Shown: piece after piece, positions 1-10,426 of the stretch
How positions within the stretch are numbered: the first letter of the stretch is position 1
How the letters are laid out: each line of letters starts with the position of its first letter
Source: Leptospiraceae bacterium
GTDB taxonomy: Bacteria; Spirochaetota; Leptospiria; Leptospirales; Leptonemataceae
Direction of reading: 5' to 3'
Assembly: GCA_040217195.1 (NCBI GenBank)
Contig: JAVJNR010000003.1
Span: 704,001 to 768,000, forward strand
DNA: 64,000 nt
Notes under the pieces: model-generated
Database searches by the model: none
Told to the model about the DNA's origin: nothing
What the model saw: only the letters and a program-made list of their open reading frames with translations
Translations under genes and position numbers: made by a program

Positions 1-2
1 CC

Positions 3-1025
3 ATGAACTCCAGAATCCCTCAAGGATTGTTTGCTACCATCTACATAGTGCTTCTTTATTCTCTGGTTTCGCTTTCTCTTTCGCTAAATTGGGTACCGGC
101 CAGCAACATCATTGGACCGCAACGGCAACCATCTGCCCTGGAAACGATCCAGAGCCTTTCGCTTGTAAGCATCATTTGCACAGGCGTCTTTTTCCTGATT
201 CGAGGCCTGGTAAGATCCCTTGAGAGAAAGAACAATAAACTGGAAAAGCAGGCCCATCAATTCCAGAAAGTAAACCGCGACCTGGCTGCGAAGAATCGAA
301 TGATCAAAGATGAACTGGCAGTGGCTCGCAGGATTCAGGAAACTTTAATTCCATCTACTATGCCTTCCGGAAAAGGATTTCGCATAGAAAGCAGATACCT
401 TGCACTACATGAAGTGGGAGGAGATTATCTGGATTTCTTTGCTACCCGAGAAGGCTATCCTGGAATTCTTGTGGCGGATGCGGCCGGACATGGAGTGCCG
501 GCAGCTCTTGTGGCCAGCATGACCAAAATGGCTGCGGATCGATTTCGCAAACAGATGCATAAGCCCAGGGATTTCCTGCATTCCCTGAACGGTGCCATTC
601 TCGATCGCATCAACCTTCACTTTGTAGCCGCCTGCTATGCTTTCTACCATCCGCGTCGTCGACTTCTAAAATACTCAGTAGCCGGAAACCCGCCTCCGTA
701 TTTGCTGCGACCAGGTAAAACGGCAGTGGCTCTGGAAGGCCAGGGTAGCGTACTTGGCATTCATTCCGAACCAGTACTACATAAATATCGAATACAGCTG
801 GAGGTAGGAGATCGAATTGTAATGTTTACAGATGGAATCGATGAATGCAGAAACCGACAGGGCGAACAACTTTCGCGAATTCAACTGGAGGCATTGCTCA
901 CCGGTGTTGCTTCCCTGCCGCCTACCGAAAACACGGCAGATACCATTGTTCGCGAACTGGAAGGCTTCGCATCTGGCCGGGGGTTTGAGGACGATGTAAC
1001 TCTTGTAGTGCTGACTGTGGAATAG
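3..1025 (+). CDS. PP2C/SpoIIE (RsbU-like) Ser/Thr phosphatase with N-terminal TM helices; may begin upstream of the window
   Basis: Motifs VGGDY, VADAAGHGVPAAL, FTDGI and DDVT; coiled coil ELAVARRIQ. Confidence 0.9.
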   Translation: MNSRIPQGLFATIYIVLLYSLVSLSLSLNWVPASNIIGPQRQPSALETIQSLSLVSIICTGVFFLIRGLVRSLERKNNKLEKQAHQFQKVNRDLAAKNRMIKDELAVARRIQETLIPSTMPSGKGFRIESRYLALHEVGGDYLDFFATREGYPGILVADAAGHGVPAALVASMTKMAADRFRKQMHKPRDFLHSLNGAILDRINLHFVAACYAFYHPRRRLLKYSVAGNPPPYLLRPGKTAVALEGQGSVLGIHSEPVLHKYRIQLEVGDRIVMFTDGIDECRNRQGEQLSRIQLEALLTGVASLPPTENTADTIVRELEGFASGRGFEDDVTLVVLTVE

Positions 1026-1180
1026 AGCAAAGTCCGGACGGCTGTGGCTCACCGAAGAAGTCTCGGCAACCGGCGATACCAATCAAAAGGACCAATCGGT
1101 TTTATGAGGCCTGTCCGAGTTTTGCCTGCAGATAGGCCCCGCTCCCTGGTGATTCCGTTGACCCTGAGGTCGCGGTTTCT

Positions 1181-3265
1181 CTAACCAGTTACTCGAATCA
1201 CGTTTTGAGTTTCTGCCTGAAACGATTGAGGCTCTACCGTTTTGTAGATTCCTGCATCGATGAATATATCCAGCATCTTTTCATCCACTCGCTTTTCCCG
1301 GGCTTCAATCTTTAGAATGTCCAGGGCTTGCTCTGCAGACAGGGAACGTTTATAAGGACGATCCGGAGCTGTAAGTGCATCGAAAATATCGGAAATAGTC
1401 ATCATTTTAGACTGTGGCAGAATTTCTTCGCCTCGCAGCCTCAAAGGATATCCGGAACCATCAATTTTTTCATGGTGACCATGTGCAATGTCTGGAATAT
1501 TTCTTAGATCCGAAGTCCAGGGTATTTGAATCAAAAACCGGTAGGTATGAGTGACATGGCTTTCAATTTCAAGTCTCTCTGCCTGGTCCAGAGTACCTCT
1601 TCGCACCTGGAGGCTCACCAGTTCATTCTGCTTTAGAAATGGCACCTCTTTGCCGCTTTCCAGTAAAATCCTATTCTGAGCAATTTGTTCTAGCTGGGCA
1701 AAAGTAGCTGATTCCAGTACCGAAGGCTCATTGGATGCTTCGATAGTGTTGAGCATATGCTCCACTTCTTTCACTCGATCGCGCAATTCTAGATCCAGGT
1801 ATTTCTCATAATAATCGAATCCTGTATGGCCTCCGTCCTTAAGAAATGAAAGCTTCTTATCCAGGTATTCTTTTTCCAGAGCCTTCTTTATGTAGCGAAA
1901 GCGCCATTGAATCAGTTCCATCTGGTACTCGTATAGCTTCTTGGCTTTTACAAGTACTTGCTCTCTTACACCAACTTTTCCAAAGTCATGCAAGAGACTG
2001 GCATATCGAATCTCTCGAATCTGATCAGGCGAAAACTTGAGTGGAGCAAATTCTCCGTCCCTGGTTCGATCCAGAGCCATGGCCAGATGGGTTGTGTATT
2101 CGGCAACTCGAAAGGAATGACCGGATGTAGTTGGATCCCTCTGCTCAATGGCAGTTACCGACGCTTTTACAAAACCTTCAAACAGGTTATGGATGTTCTG
2201 CAGTAATTTATTGTTCTGAATTGATACAGCCGCCTGCCCGGCCAGAGCACTGACCATCTCATTGCACTTTTGAGTAAATGGTCTTACTTCTCCGCCTCGC
2301 ATTTCTTCCAGGTTCAAAGCCCGATTGAAGTTGGTCCGCTTATTGATTAATTGAATGACTCCAATTACTTCACCGGCATGATTCTTCATGGGAATCACAA
2401 GCATGGAACGAGTGTAATAGCTATGTAATCGATCAAATTCAAAATTGAAGCGATAGGGCTCATCGCCGTTCAAAGCATACACATCATCGATAAGCAGCGA
2501 TTCACCGCGTAATGCTACATAGCCAGCAATGGAGGAGGAATCTATGGGTAAAAGAAACTCGTTAGCATTCAATTCCAGAGCTGACTTCTTGAAGCGAATA
2601 TATTGAGGACGCTCATTTCCTCTAGGAGATTCAGTTACATAGATGGAACCCGCATCGGCACCTACCAGTTCTCTGGCCTGATGCAGAATCAAATCGATGA
2701 GTTTATCAAAGTCCCGTTCTGTGGACATGGCCTGACCCACGCGAATGATTCGCCGCATTTCCTGGGTGCTCAGTGCCAGTCTGGATTGTAAACTCAGCCG
2801 CTCATAGCGCAGCTCAAGTTGGTAATGTGCATTTCGAACTACGTCCACCAGAATCGAAGGAGATACCTGCACCGGAAGTATAAGATGGATCAGTTCTTCG
2901 GGTAGCGGATTCAGGGATTGCGGATCCAGCTCTTCATCGCTCAGTACAATGAATCGAACCTCTCGAAGTGGACTGTCTTTGATCCAGGTCCATAGATCCA
3001 GACGGAATCGTTCCAGGAAGTCTCGACTGACCAGAAAGGCCACAAGTTCCATGCAGCGGGCATCGGCGGAATGATCTGCAAGCTGAGGAAGATAATCATT
3101 TTCCGGCAGCACATGCACATCCATGGATTCTGGCAGCGCAGATGAAAATCGAGACAGGGAGGCATCCAGAATGCAAATTGGTTGCAGGCTGATTTCCGTT
3201 TCTCCGGGATCCTGTTTTAGCGGTTCAATGTCAGAAGGTTTTCCTTGGTTATCTCGCACATTCAT
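1181..3265 (-). CDS. GAF + HD-GYP cyclic-dinucleotide phosphodiesterase
   Basis: GAF (SIAGYVA...YYTRSMLVIPM...GVIQLINK), RDPTTSGHS, HDFGK, HHEKIDGSGYP, DIFDALT.DRPYK. Confidence 0.92.
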   Translation of the reverse strand: MNVRDNQGKPSDIEPLKQDPGETEISLQPICILDASLSRFSSALPESMDVHVLPENDYLPQLADHSADARCMELVAFLVSRDFLERFRLDLWTWIKDSPLREVRFIVLSDEELDPQSLNPLPEELIHLILPVQVSPSILVDVVRNAHYQLELRYERLSLQSRLALSTQEMRRIIRVGQAMSTERDFDKLIDLILHQARELVGADAGSIYVTESPRGNERPQYIRFKKSALELNANEFLLPIDSSSIAGYVALRGESLLIDDVYALNGDEPYRFNFEFDRLHSYYTRSMLVIPMKNHAGEVIGVIQLINKRTNFNRALNLEEMRGGEVRPFTQKCNEMVSALAGQAAVSIQNNKLLQNIHNLFEGFVKASVTAIEQRDPTTSGHSFRVAEYTTHLAMALDRTRDGEFAPLKFSPDQIREIRYASLLHDFGKVGVREQVLVKAKKLYEYQMELIQWRFRYIKKALEKEYLDKKLSFLKDGGHTGFDYYEKYLDLELRDRVKEVEHMLNTIEASNEPSVLESATFAQLEQIAQNRILLESGKEVPFLKQNELVSLQVRRGTLDQAERLEIESHVTHTYRFLIQIPWTSDLRNIPDIAHGHHEKIDGSGYPLRLRGEEILPQSKMMTISDIFDALTAPDRPYKRSLSAEQALDILKIEAREKRVDEKMLDIFIDAGIYKTVEPQSFQAETQNVIRVTG

Positions 3266-3568
3266 ACTCTGTTTTTATTTCGACTTCTTTTGTATCAGTT
3301 CTATAATCAGGTACCTGTTCTGCAGAACTGGCATCTGCCATAGTAGACTCGAATATATCCAGGATTGTTCCAAACCATCCCCAATTTCGTGCCAGCAGGC
3401 CCCATATCCTGCGCAGTTAAGAGGGAAACCGGTCCTCCGGGATTCCGAGCCTCTGGATCCAAGTCAATTCAGATCTGAATCGTCTCTATAGAGAAGAACC
3501 TCAGACCAGGACTTCGTCAATAGAAATACTTGACCCACTTTCGGCTCTTGACTTTTTTGAGAGTGGCC

Positions 3569-3934
3569 ATGTTTATATCTCTGTGTAAATCCAAGATCCA
3601 CAGGGCAACGGTTACCCAGGCTGAGTTGCACTACATGGGTTCGCTGACTGTGGATGAAGAACTGCTGGAAAGGGCTGGAATGCGTCCTTACGAGCAGGTT
3701 TCCGTGGTCAACGTGAACAACGGTGCACGATTGGAGACATATACTATCCGAGGGGAAAGAGGAAGCGGAGTCATCTGCCTGAATGGTGCAGCCGCCCGCC
3801 TGGGACAGGTTGGAGATAAGATTATCATCATTAGCTACGGCTTTTTCAACCCGGACGAAGTTCCCATGGATTTTGAACCCCAGGTGGTTCATGTAGATGA
3901 ATCCAATCGAATTCTAGAGCCTGCTGTTCTTTAA
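3569..3934 (+). CDS. panD: Aspartate 1-decarboxylase
   Basis: [18 protein letters not shown] autocleavage site, [16 protein letters not shown]; start moved to ATG 3569. Confidence 0.97.
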   Translation: MFISLCKSKIHRATVTQAELHYMGSLTVDEELLERAGMRPYEQVSVVNVNNGARLETYTIRGERGSGVICLNGAAARLGQVGDKIIIISYGFFNPDEVPMDFEPQVVHVDESNRILEPAVL

Positions 3935-4105
3935 CCCTTGTCCTTTTTTTGAATCATTGTTCTGGTGTGCCTCAGACTGTGCTAACCAGGTAGTGTTCTA
4001 CCGCATTAAAATCCCTTTTATCGCAAAGCAGCCGAATCCTCCAAACAGTGCCCCCGATTGCGGTAAATGCTTGAAATCAATCCCGCGAAATGGGATTCAT
4101 AAGGA

Positions 4106-4900
4106 ATGCAGATCGGTCTAAAGCCCAATATGAACCCTGGAAACAGTTTCCCTAAACGAGTGGGCCGCGGCTTTAAAGCCGGAGTGGAAGGACTGAAATC
4201 GCTCTTTCAAGAAGGGTTGATTATTTATGCCATATTACCGGCATTCATTGGGCTTGTTTCTGGTGCAGCCCTGGCATTCGGCACCTATACGTTGCTGGAA
4301 TACTGGATGATTGAAGGTCTGGGAGCCACCGGCGCTCTGGACAGTAGCTGGTTTTCCTGGCTGGGTTCCATCGCAGTGGTTCTTAGCATCATCGCATCGT
4401 TCTTTGTATACATCGGTCTTTATCGATTCATCATTTCCATTGTGATTTTTCCATTGCTGGGACCAATGATTGACCGACTGGAACTGGAATATCGCGGCAA
4501 GAAAACGGAAACTACATTCAAGCAAGATTTAGGGGCTGCCATTTACGGAGGCTGGATTGGTCTGCTGCAGGCTCTGGCCGGATTGCTAATTCTGGTGGTC
4601 TCCTTCTTTACCGGCCCGCTTCAGCCTTTCCTGTTGGCTCTTGCCGATGGCTACTTCTACGGCTATGGTGCTTTTTCTGTAATACTGGAACGAGATTTTC
4701 CAGACAATCGCATTCGCAGACATGAATTTTCGCGATATCGAGGGGAGATCCTGGGGCTTGGACTGCTTTTTGTGGCTTTACTGGCCATACCGTTGCTGGG
4801 AGCTCTTCTGGCACCCATTGCCTGCGTTGCCGGTGCCTCCAAACTGTACTACACTCGCATGGCACCCTCTCTTTCGCAAGTATCCACACAACAATCCTGA
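4106..4900 (+). CDS. EI24/CysZ-like membrane protein
   Basis: Several TM helices, 'IFPLLGPMIDRLE' and C-terminal 'LLAIPLLGALLAP' patterns typical of the family. Confidence 0.65.
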   Translation: MQIGLKPNMNPGNSFPKRVGRGFKAGVEGLKSLFQEGLIIYAILPAFIGLVSGAALAFGTYTLLEYWMIEGLGATGALDSSWFSWLGSIAVVLSIIASFFVYIGLYRFIISIVIFPLLGPMIDRLELEYRGKKTETTFKQDLGAAIYGGWIGLLQALAGLLILVVSFFTGPLQPFLLALADGYFYGYGAFSVILERDFPDNRIRRHEFSRYRGEILGLGLLFVALLAIPLLGALLAPIACVAGASKLYYTRMAPSLSQVSTQQS

Positions 4901-5005
4901 GGCATTCATTGAATGAAAAAGGAGGCATCCTTGCAATACCCGGATCCTCCAGCCACTGGCCTATTCGCACCGGTCTCAGTAGTCAAAAAAAAGGCACAAT
5001 GGATT

Positions 5006-5509
5006 TCACGCCAGTTCAGCCCGGATTCGATCTTCGAGTTCTCTTAAGAACGGAACAGACTCTTCATCCGCTTCGGTGGGTGCCCAGGATGCAAACTCCT
5101 TATCGTCTGCAGGCTGATAGGGACCAGGCTTAACTTCATAGCAAATCGCTTCATCCGAAAGTACAACCAGGGTATGCCAGAGACCTGGTTCGATGTCCAC
5201 ACCCAGGCCCGAACTGGATAGATCCCCGAGGTTTTCGCCCAGAAGTTTGCATTCCAGGAGATTCCCATTTTCATCAAAAATGGCGAAAGCCACTGATCCA
5301 CGAATAATCAAGAATGACTCCGGCTTGGGAGGATGCAAATGCCGATGTGGTCTGATGTAAGTTCCCCTTAACATTACATTCAAAAACCGATGAGGATTGT
5401 CCTCCATGGATCCGTGGAAATTGAAATTCTTTCTTTTCCTGGGACTGGACCGAGCCTGGTGGAGCACCGTCTCAAAAAGATCTTCCGTTATCCATTGAAT
5501 GCCCTTCAT
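5006..5509 (-). CDS. WbuC-family cupin-fold metalloprotein
   Basis: SPRKRKNFNFH, YIRPHRH, WHTL, YEVKPGPY, FASWAP; start probably MKGIQ. Confidence 0.88.
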   Translation of the reverse strand: MKGIQWITEDLFETVLHQARSSPRKRKNFNFHGSMEDNPHRFLNVMLRGTYIRPHRHLHPPKPESFLIIRGSVAFAIFDENGNLLECKLLGENLGDLSSSGLGVDIEPGLWHTLVVLSDEAICYEVKPGPYQPADDKEFASWAPTEADEESVPFLRELEDRIRAELA

Positions 5510-5640
5510 GCAGTAAATAAAAGGGGCCGTAGATTCTTCCTCAATCAAATTCTATATGCGATTCGATTTTAGTTGCTGTCAATGCCAGGCGCAAAGAAAT
5601 AGCAGCTACGCTCAAATCCACTGAACTGAGCAGGTTTCCA

Positions 5641-6741
5641 ATGTCCGAAGATGAATCCATAATCCTGAAAGAGGAAGAAAACCCATTCGAGAACTATGCA
5701 GCCGTGGTAGAATCGGACCTTCGTACGGTGTATCTATACCTGTTGCCGACCAAGAATGAAAATCTGCCCGCACATGCTGTATGGCTTAGAAATCTGGTGG
5801 AAGCCCCGGAAGAACCGGACCGGGAGTCCATTCAGTCTGGTCGACCGCCGCTCATGCATGTGCAGGGATGCAACCATCCAGAGGGTGCAGATGCCTACGA
5901 TCCAGAAGGTCTGGACTTCGTATGGTTCCCTGAAGGCAACGGTGTATCCCTCTATCATAACGGGGAGCTTGAAGCCATATTACCCACCTGGTCGGGAAAA
6001 GAGGATGTGTCCGGCTACAGCCGGGAGGCCCTGGGCTATCAAAGTAATACACTTCCATTGCCACCGGAGAACTCGGCAATCTACGATAGATTGGAGGATA
6101 ATCTAAATTTCTGGGATCGCCGCACTGCCTCCGGAGACTGGGATAGCTTTCGCAATGATTTGCTGAATCATTACGAATCCATACTGGGCAAACATCAAAA
6201 GTACTATGCTCTCACCGATGTAAATTTTCCCACTCTGGCCATTGTAGAGTTTCGCCTGGAACATGGAATTCTTTATGCAACCCTGGGCATGTCCAGACAG
6301 CCCATGCCTGGAATCGAGATGATAAAGCAGGAACCGGAACACTTTGTACGAAGAGAAATATTTCTTTTTAGCCCGGATGTAGATGCACCCGGTATTGACT
6401 ATGCCTATGCCAGCCTGGAAGGAGCCCTGGATCCGTTACGTTCAAACTATCCAGGCCTGCTCGGACGGTTGGCGCGATATCCCTGGATTGTCTCTTCTGC
6501 TCTGGACCATGGCCATTTGTTCGAAAGCGGGATGGAAGCGAATTACTGCGACTTCATTTTCTCCGAAAGTCCAACGCCTACAGGGTTGTCCCAGGACATT
6601 ATGGCCGGACTAATGCAACATTACTCCGTGGAAGGGTTCAGTCTTTCGCCTCTGTTTGCCCTGCCTGCAACGCAGGAAGATCTGCTAGTAGCCAGACAAA
6701 AAGGGGCCGATTTCTGGATCGAAAAAAAGACCAGATCTTAA
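5641..6741 (+). CDS. Suppressor-of-fused (SUFU)-like domain protein
   Basis: C-terminal half has HYESILG...YATLGMS..PMP...RREI...YPW...LDHGH, typical of bacterial SUFU domains. Confidence 0.7.
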   Translation: MSEDESIILKEEENPFENYAAVVESDLRTVYLYLLPTKNENLPAHAVWLRNLVEAPEEPDRESIQSGRPPLMHVQGCNHPEGADAYDPEGLDFVWFPEGNGVSLYHNGELEAILPTWSGKEDVSGYSREALGYQSNTLPLPPENSAIYDRLEDNLNFWDRRTASGDWDSFRNDLLNHYESILGKHQKYYALTDVNFPTLAIVEFRLEHGILYATLGMSRQPMPGIEMIKQEPEHFVRREIFLFSPDVDAPGIDYAYASLEGALDPLRSNYPGLLGRLARYPWIVSSALDHGHLFESGMEANYCDFIFSESPTPTGLSQDIMAGLMQHYSVEGFSLSPLFALPATQEDLLVARQKGADFWIEKKTRS

Positions 6742-6892
6742 GATTAATACAGATTTCCAGCAATCCGCCCCGGCTCGGGAGCACTAACCGGGTTAAACCC
6801 CTGGGACACCAAGATGAGCCGATCCGCATGAACCGGCCTCACAGATGTCTACAGATATGTCCCGGAAGTCTGATTCTCTGATTCATGCGAAA

Positions 6893-7999
6893 TCAAGACG
6901 ATGTTGCTGAGGCCTGGCCTAATCGGGCCGGACCAGCTTCTCTATAACTCAACCAGTGCCCCTTCTCTGAATCGAATAGTTTGCATTTCATAGTAGCACG
7001 AAAGTAATCTCTAAAGACAGTGCGACGCTCAATTACATATTCACCGTACACCGATTTGATCCCCTCCAGAGCCTTCTTCAAGTTATAGAATGGAATCCGA
7101 ACCTGCACATGATGCGGCATGTGAATGAAGATATTGTGAAAAAAGAAATTGAATACAGCTGGAATGTGATAATTCACCGTTCCGAATAACTGTCCATAGG
7201 CGGGCGACCAGCCTTTACGATCCTTCCAGGGAATTTGATCGTTTATATGATGAACGTAAACGGTGAAACCAATGGTGTAGTTCCAGGCAATGAAAGGAAT
7301 AAAAAACATCTTTGTCCATAGCCAGAGACCAGCCAGCCAATCGAATCCAGCTCCCGCAAATGCGCCGCTCAGAAACAGTCCTGCACTTACGCCGGCTGCA
7401 AATCCCAGTACAAGAAGCTTATCGCGCAGGGCCCCTTTCTGTGGTGCAGTGTATAGTAACATTCCCTTTAGCCAGATCTCGACTAGATAATAGGGACCGG
7501 CGCCCAGGGCAGACCAGTAAAGACGATGAAGCATTCGCTGGATCAGATTCATTTTCTGAAATTCAGTAGGGGACACCGGATGCCAGACAAAATCGGCACC
7601 CAATTTCACCGTATGTCCATGGTGAACTCGATTATGACCGTAGCACCATTGATTATATGCATGCAAAGATGGAAGCATGGCAATCTGCCCTACCCACCAG
7701 GAAAGACGTTTCGAGTTGAACAGAGCTCCATGAGCGGCATCATGGCCGATTACAAACAGTGAACTGATACTTAGAGCCGAAAGAAACCACAATGGGATTA
7801 GAAGGTACCAGCTCTCTGCAAAGAACAGTAGGCCAAAAATAGCACCAAATACGATCAGGTCCCGCAGGAAATAAAGCAAACCAGGAAGGGTTGGATTATC
7901 ATAGGCGCTATCTGGAATACTATCCTTGATCGATTTCCAGGTCAGTTTCCTTTCTGAAAACCGCGTCGCCGTGACATCATTATGAAGCGTCTGTTCCAT
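6893..7999 (-). CDS. Membrane fatty-acid desaturase (delta-12/omega-6 type)
   Basis: Three His boxes: HDAAH, HNRVHH, HMPHH; IPFYNL. Confidence 0.92.
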   Translation of the reverse strand: MEQTLHNDVTATRFSERKLTWKSIKDSIPDSAYDNPTLPGLLYFLRDLIVFGAIFGLLFFAESWYLLIPLWFLSALSISSLFVIGHDAAHGALFNSKRLSWWVGQIAMLPSLHAYNQWCYGHNRVHHGHTVKLGADFVWHPVSPTEFQKMNLIQRMLHRLYWSALGAGPYYLVEIWLKGMLLYTAPQKGALRDKLLVLGFAAGVSAGLFLSGAFAGAGFDWLAGLWLWTKMFFIPFIAWNYTIGFTVYVHHINDQIPWKDRKGWSPAYGQLFGTVNYHIPAVFNFFFHNIFIHMPHHVQVRIPFYNLKKALEGIKSVYGEYVIERRTVFRDYFRATMKCKLFDSEKGHWLSYREAGPARLGQASATSS

Positions 8000-8013
8000 C
8001 GTTACCCCTCAAA

Positions 8014-8049
8014 TCTAACAGTGTTCGACATATATTTAAGCCCGTTAGA
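8014..8049. promoter_or_regulatory. Two tandem imperfect palindromes TCTAAC-N3-GTTAGA; probable operator of the divergent TetR
   Basis: TCTAACAGTGTTCGA (8014-8028) and TTTAAGCCCGTTAGA (8035-8049), 21 bp apart, just upstream of the desaturase start. Confidence 0.6.
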
Positions 8050-8132
8050 TACGGTCAATCATTCCGTGGCGCAGTGCACAAAAATTTGAGGAAATCACTT
8101 GTCAGCTCAAATACGGACGGAATGCTTCTGAG

Positions 8133-8759
8133 ATGCTGCCGGTGGACAAAATGGAAAAATCGCGCCGGGTTCGCGGAAGCCTGAGTCGAGAAGAGATCCT
8201 GGGCGCCGCTCTGGAAATACTGCACCGTGAGGGCCTGGAAAAGCTGAGCATGCGAAATATTGCTCGAAAACTGGGCTGTAGCGTGGCCAGTCCTTACGCC
8301 TATTTCAAGAATCAAGAGGACATTGTTCGCACCCTCATTATTCAGGGAGAGGCGGATTTAACGGAGCGATTACAGAAGGCCCGAAGGAGCTCCGAAGATG
8401 TTTTTGAACAACTTACGGCCATTGCTTATACTTACTGGGATTTTGCCACGGAGCATCGGGAGCTCCACCGAGTAATGTTTGGCACAGCCATGGGCGGAGC
8501 CACCTATAGAAGGGTCTTTCCATCCCTGCCCACAAGCTACCGGGTTTATCTTGAAGCCCTGCGCTCCGGTAGCCAATCCGGAGCCATTCCTCATGGAAGA
8601 GACCAGTACCGGGCCATCGCTCGCACTATGTGGGCCTGGATGTTCGGGGTCATAACACTGGAAATGACCGATCTGGTACATGCCCGGCCGGGGAATCATC
8701 CCATCGAAGAAGGGATTCGGATGTTTATTGCGCTGTTGCGTAGCGGCGTTGCCATTTAA
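8133..8759 (+). CDS. TetR/AcrR-family regulator (WHG-like C-terminus)
   Basis: HTH ILGAALEIL..EG...LSMRNIARKLGCSVASPYAYFKN; divergent from the desaturase. Confidence 0.93.
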   Translation: MLPVDKMEKSRRVRGSLSREEILGAALEILHREGLEKLSMRNIARKLGCSVASPYAYFKNQEDIVRTLIIQGEADLTERLQKARRSSEDVFEQLTAIAYTYWDFATEHRELHRVMFGTAMGGATYRRVFPSLPTSYRVYLEALRSGSQSGAIPHGRDQYRAIARTMWAWMFGVITLEMTDLVHARPGNHPIEEGIRMFIALLRSGVAI

Positions 8760-9003
8760 CTATGGATTTCAGCCCCGGGCAGGCTTGCGAATTAGCCGGC
8801 TGCTGGAGATAGAACCAGGCCATCGCGGACTGGAAGAATCATGATGAATTGAACTTCAAGTCTTCCGGTTCGCAAAGCAGCCGGCCGCATGAATCAAGTC
8901 GAAACAGGTCCCAAATATACAGCTACAAAGTACGCATCGCGCCAAAAGCTGTCCGGCGAGATTACCCACTGCTACCCAGATCTCGACCCGGCCGCGGCGC
9001 CAA

Positions 9004-10335
9004 TCATGCGCCGCCCACAATCTCCTCCAATGACGATTCCAGAATCTCATACACAGTATCCAGTTGCTCCTCTTCAATGATTAGCGGAGGAGTAAGATAA
9101 ACTGTATTCGCAAGAGGGCGAATCAAGGCGCCCTTCTCTATAGATTTAGCTAACATCTGTGGCGCGAAATTACCGGTATAGCCGCTATCCAGGTTCACAT
9201 CCAGAGCTGCTACAGAGCCGTGGTAACGACAATTCTTTACATGCTTTCCGGCCGGACCTTCCATCAAGTTAATGAGAAAACGTCGATGCCATTGCTCCAG
9301 CTCTTCCACAACGCCGTTTTGCCGTAGCTCTTCAAAGATTTCCAGACTAACCAGAGATGCAATACATCCCATGGGGTTCCCTGTCATGGAATGACCATGA
9401 AAGAGTGTATGAATTCTATCATCGCTGTAGAATCCTTGATAAACCTTCTCTGTGGACAGGGTGGCAGCAAATGGAAAGTAACCTCCGGATAAACCTTTGC
9501 TCAGTGCAATTATATCCGGCCATACACCTGCCTGTTCAAATGCGAAGTAAGTGCCCAGTCTTCCGGTGCCAACGAACACTTCATCTGCTATCAAGAAAAC
9601 ATCATACTGATCGCAGAGTTTTCGAGCACCTTTCAGATACTCGGTAGAATAGAATTTCATACCCCCGGCTCCCTGAATCAATGGCTCCAGGATAAAACCG
9701 CAAATCTGGTCTGCTTTTCGCTTTAACAATGCCTCCAGGTCTGCAAGAGCCGCCTCACTGGCCTCAACCTTAACTTTTCCGGAAGCGAAATCAAATTCAT
9801 CCGCTGGAGAGGCCACATGATTCACATCAAAAAGCAGTGGCTCATAAAGTTTGTGAAAAACACTTCGGGTGCCAACGGACATTGTACCGATGGTGTCCCC
9901 GTGATAACCGTCCTTCAAAGAAATGAATTCGCACTTCTGAGAATTTCCCTGATTGCGAAAATACTGAAAGGCCATTTTTAGAGCGATTTCAACAGCTGTG
10001 GAGCCGTTGTCTGAGAAAAAAACTCGGGGAAGCGCATCCCCGGACTGACTGGAAAGGGCCTGACTTAGTTTAAGGGCCGGCTCATGAGTCATGCCAGCAT
10101 ACATGGCATGTTCCAGAGTTTCCAATTGCTTGATCACCGCTTCATTGATTCTTGGGTTGCAATGACCAAATAGATTTACCCACCAGGAGCCCACCGCATC
10201 AATAATCGCTCGGTCACCTTCGTAGAGAAATACCCCACTGGCCCGATCGATCTTGTACGGAGTATGAGCTAGTTTCATCTGGGTAAATGGCTGCCAGGCA
10301 TGTTTTTCATGAATCTCTTTGAAGCGTTCTTCCAT
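9004..10335 (-). CDS. bioA: Adenosylmethionine-8-amino-7-oxononanoate aminotransferase
   Basis: WQPFTQM, SWWVNLFGH, NGSTAVEIALKMA, YHGDT, LIADEV, SKGLSGG, HGHS.TGNP. Confidence 0.96.
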   Translation of the reverse strand: MEERFKEIHEKHAWQPFTQMKLAHTPYKIDRASGVFLYEGDRAIIDAVGSWWVNLFGHCNPRINEAVIKQLETLEHAMYAGMTHEPALKLSQALSSQSGDALPRVFFSDNGSTAVEIALKMAFQYFRNQGNSQKCEFISLKDGYHGDTIGTMSVGTRSVFHKLYEPLLFDVNHVASPADEFDFASGKVKVEASEAALADLEALLKRKADQICGFILEPLIQGAGGMKFYSTEYLKGARKLCDQYDVFLIADEVFVGTGRLGTYFAFEQAGVWPDIIALSKGLSGGYFPFAATLSTEKVYQGFYSDDRIHTLFHGHSMTGNPMGCIASLVSLEIFEELRQNGVVEELEQWHRRFLINLMEGPAGKHVKNCRYHGSVAALDVNLDSGYTGNFAPQMLAKSIEKGALIRPLANTVYLTPPLIIEEEQLDTVYEILESSLEEIVGGA

Positions 10336-10426
10336 TGGTATACCCTGCAAAAGCACTCTTCATCGCCAAGGAAAAAGCCCCAGGAAAATGCTGGATTGGA
10401 GGGCGAAGAGACGTTTTGCTGTAGGT

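Noticed and set aside
8849..9100. Small ORFs between TetR and bioA
   Set aside because: They overlap the bioA 3' end antisense, with no motif or clear RBS
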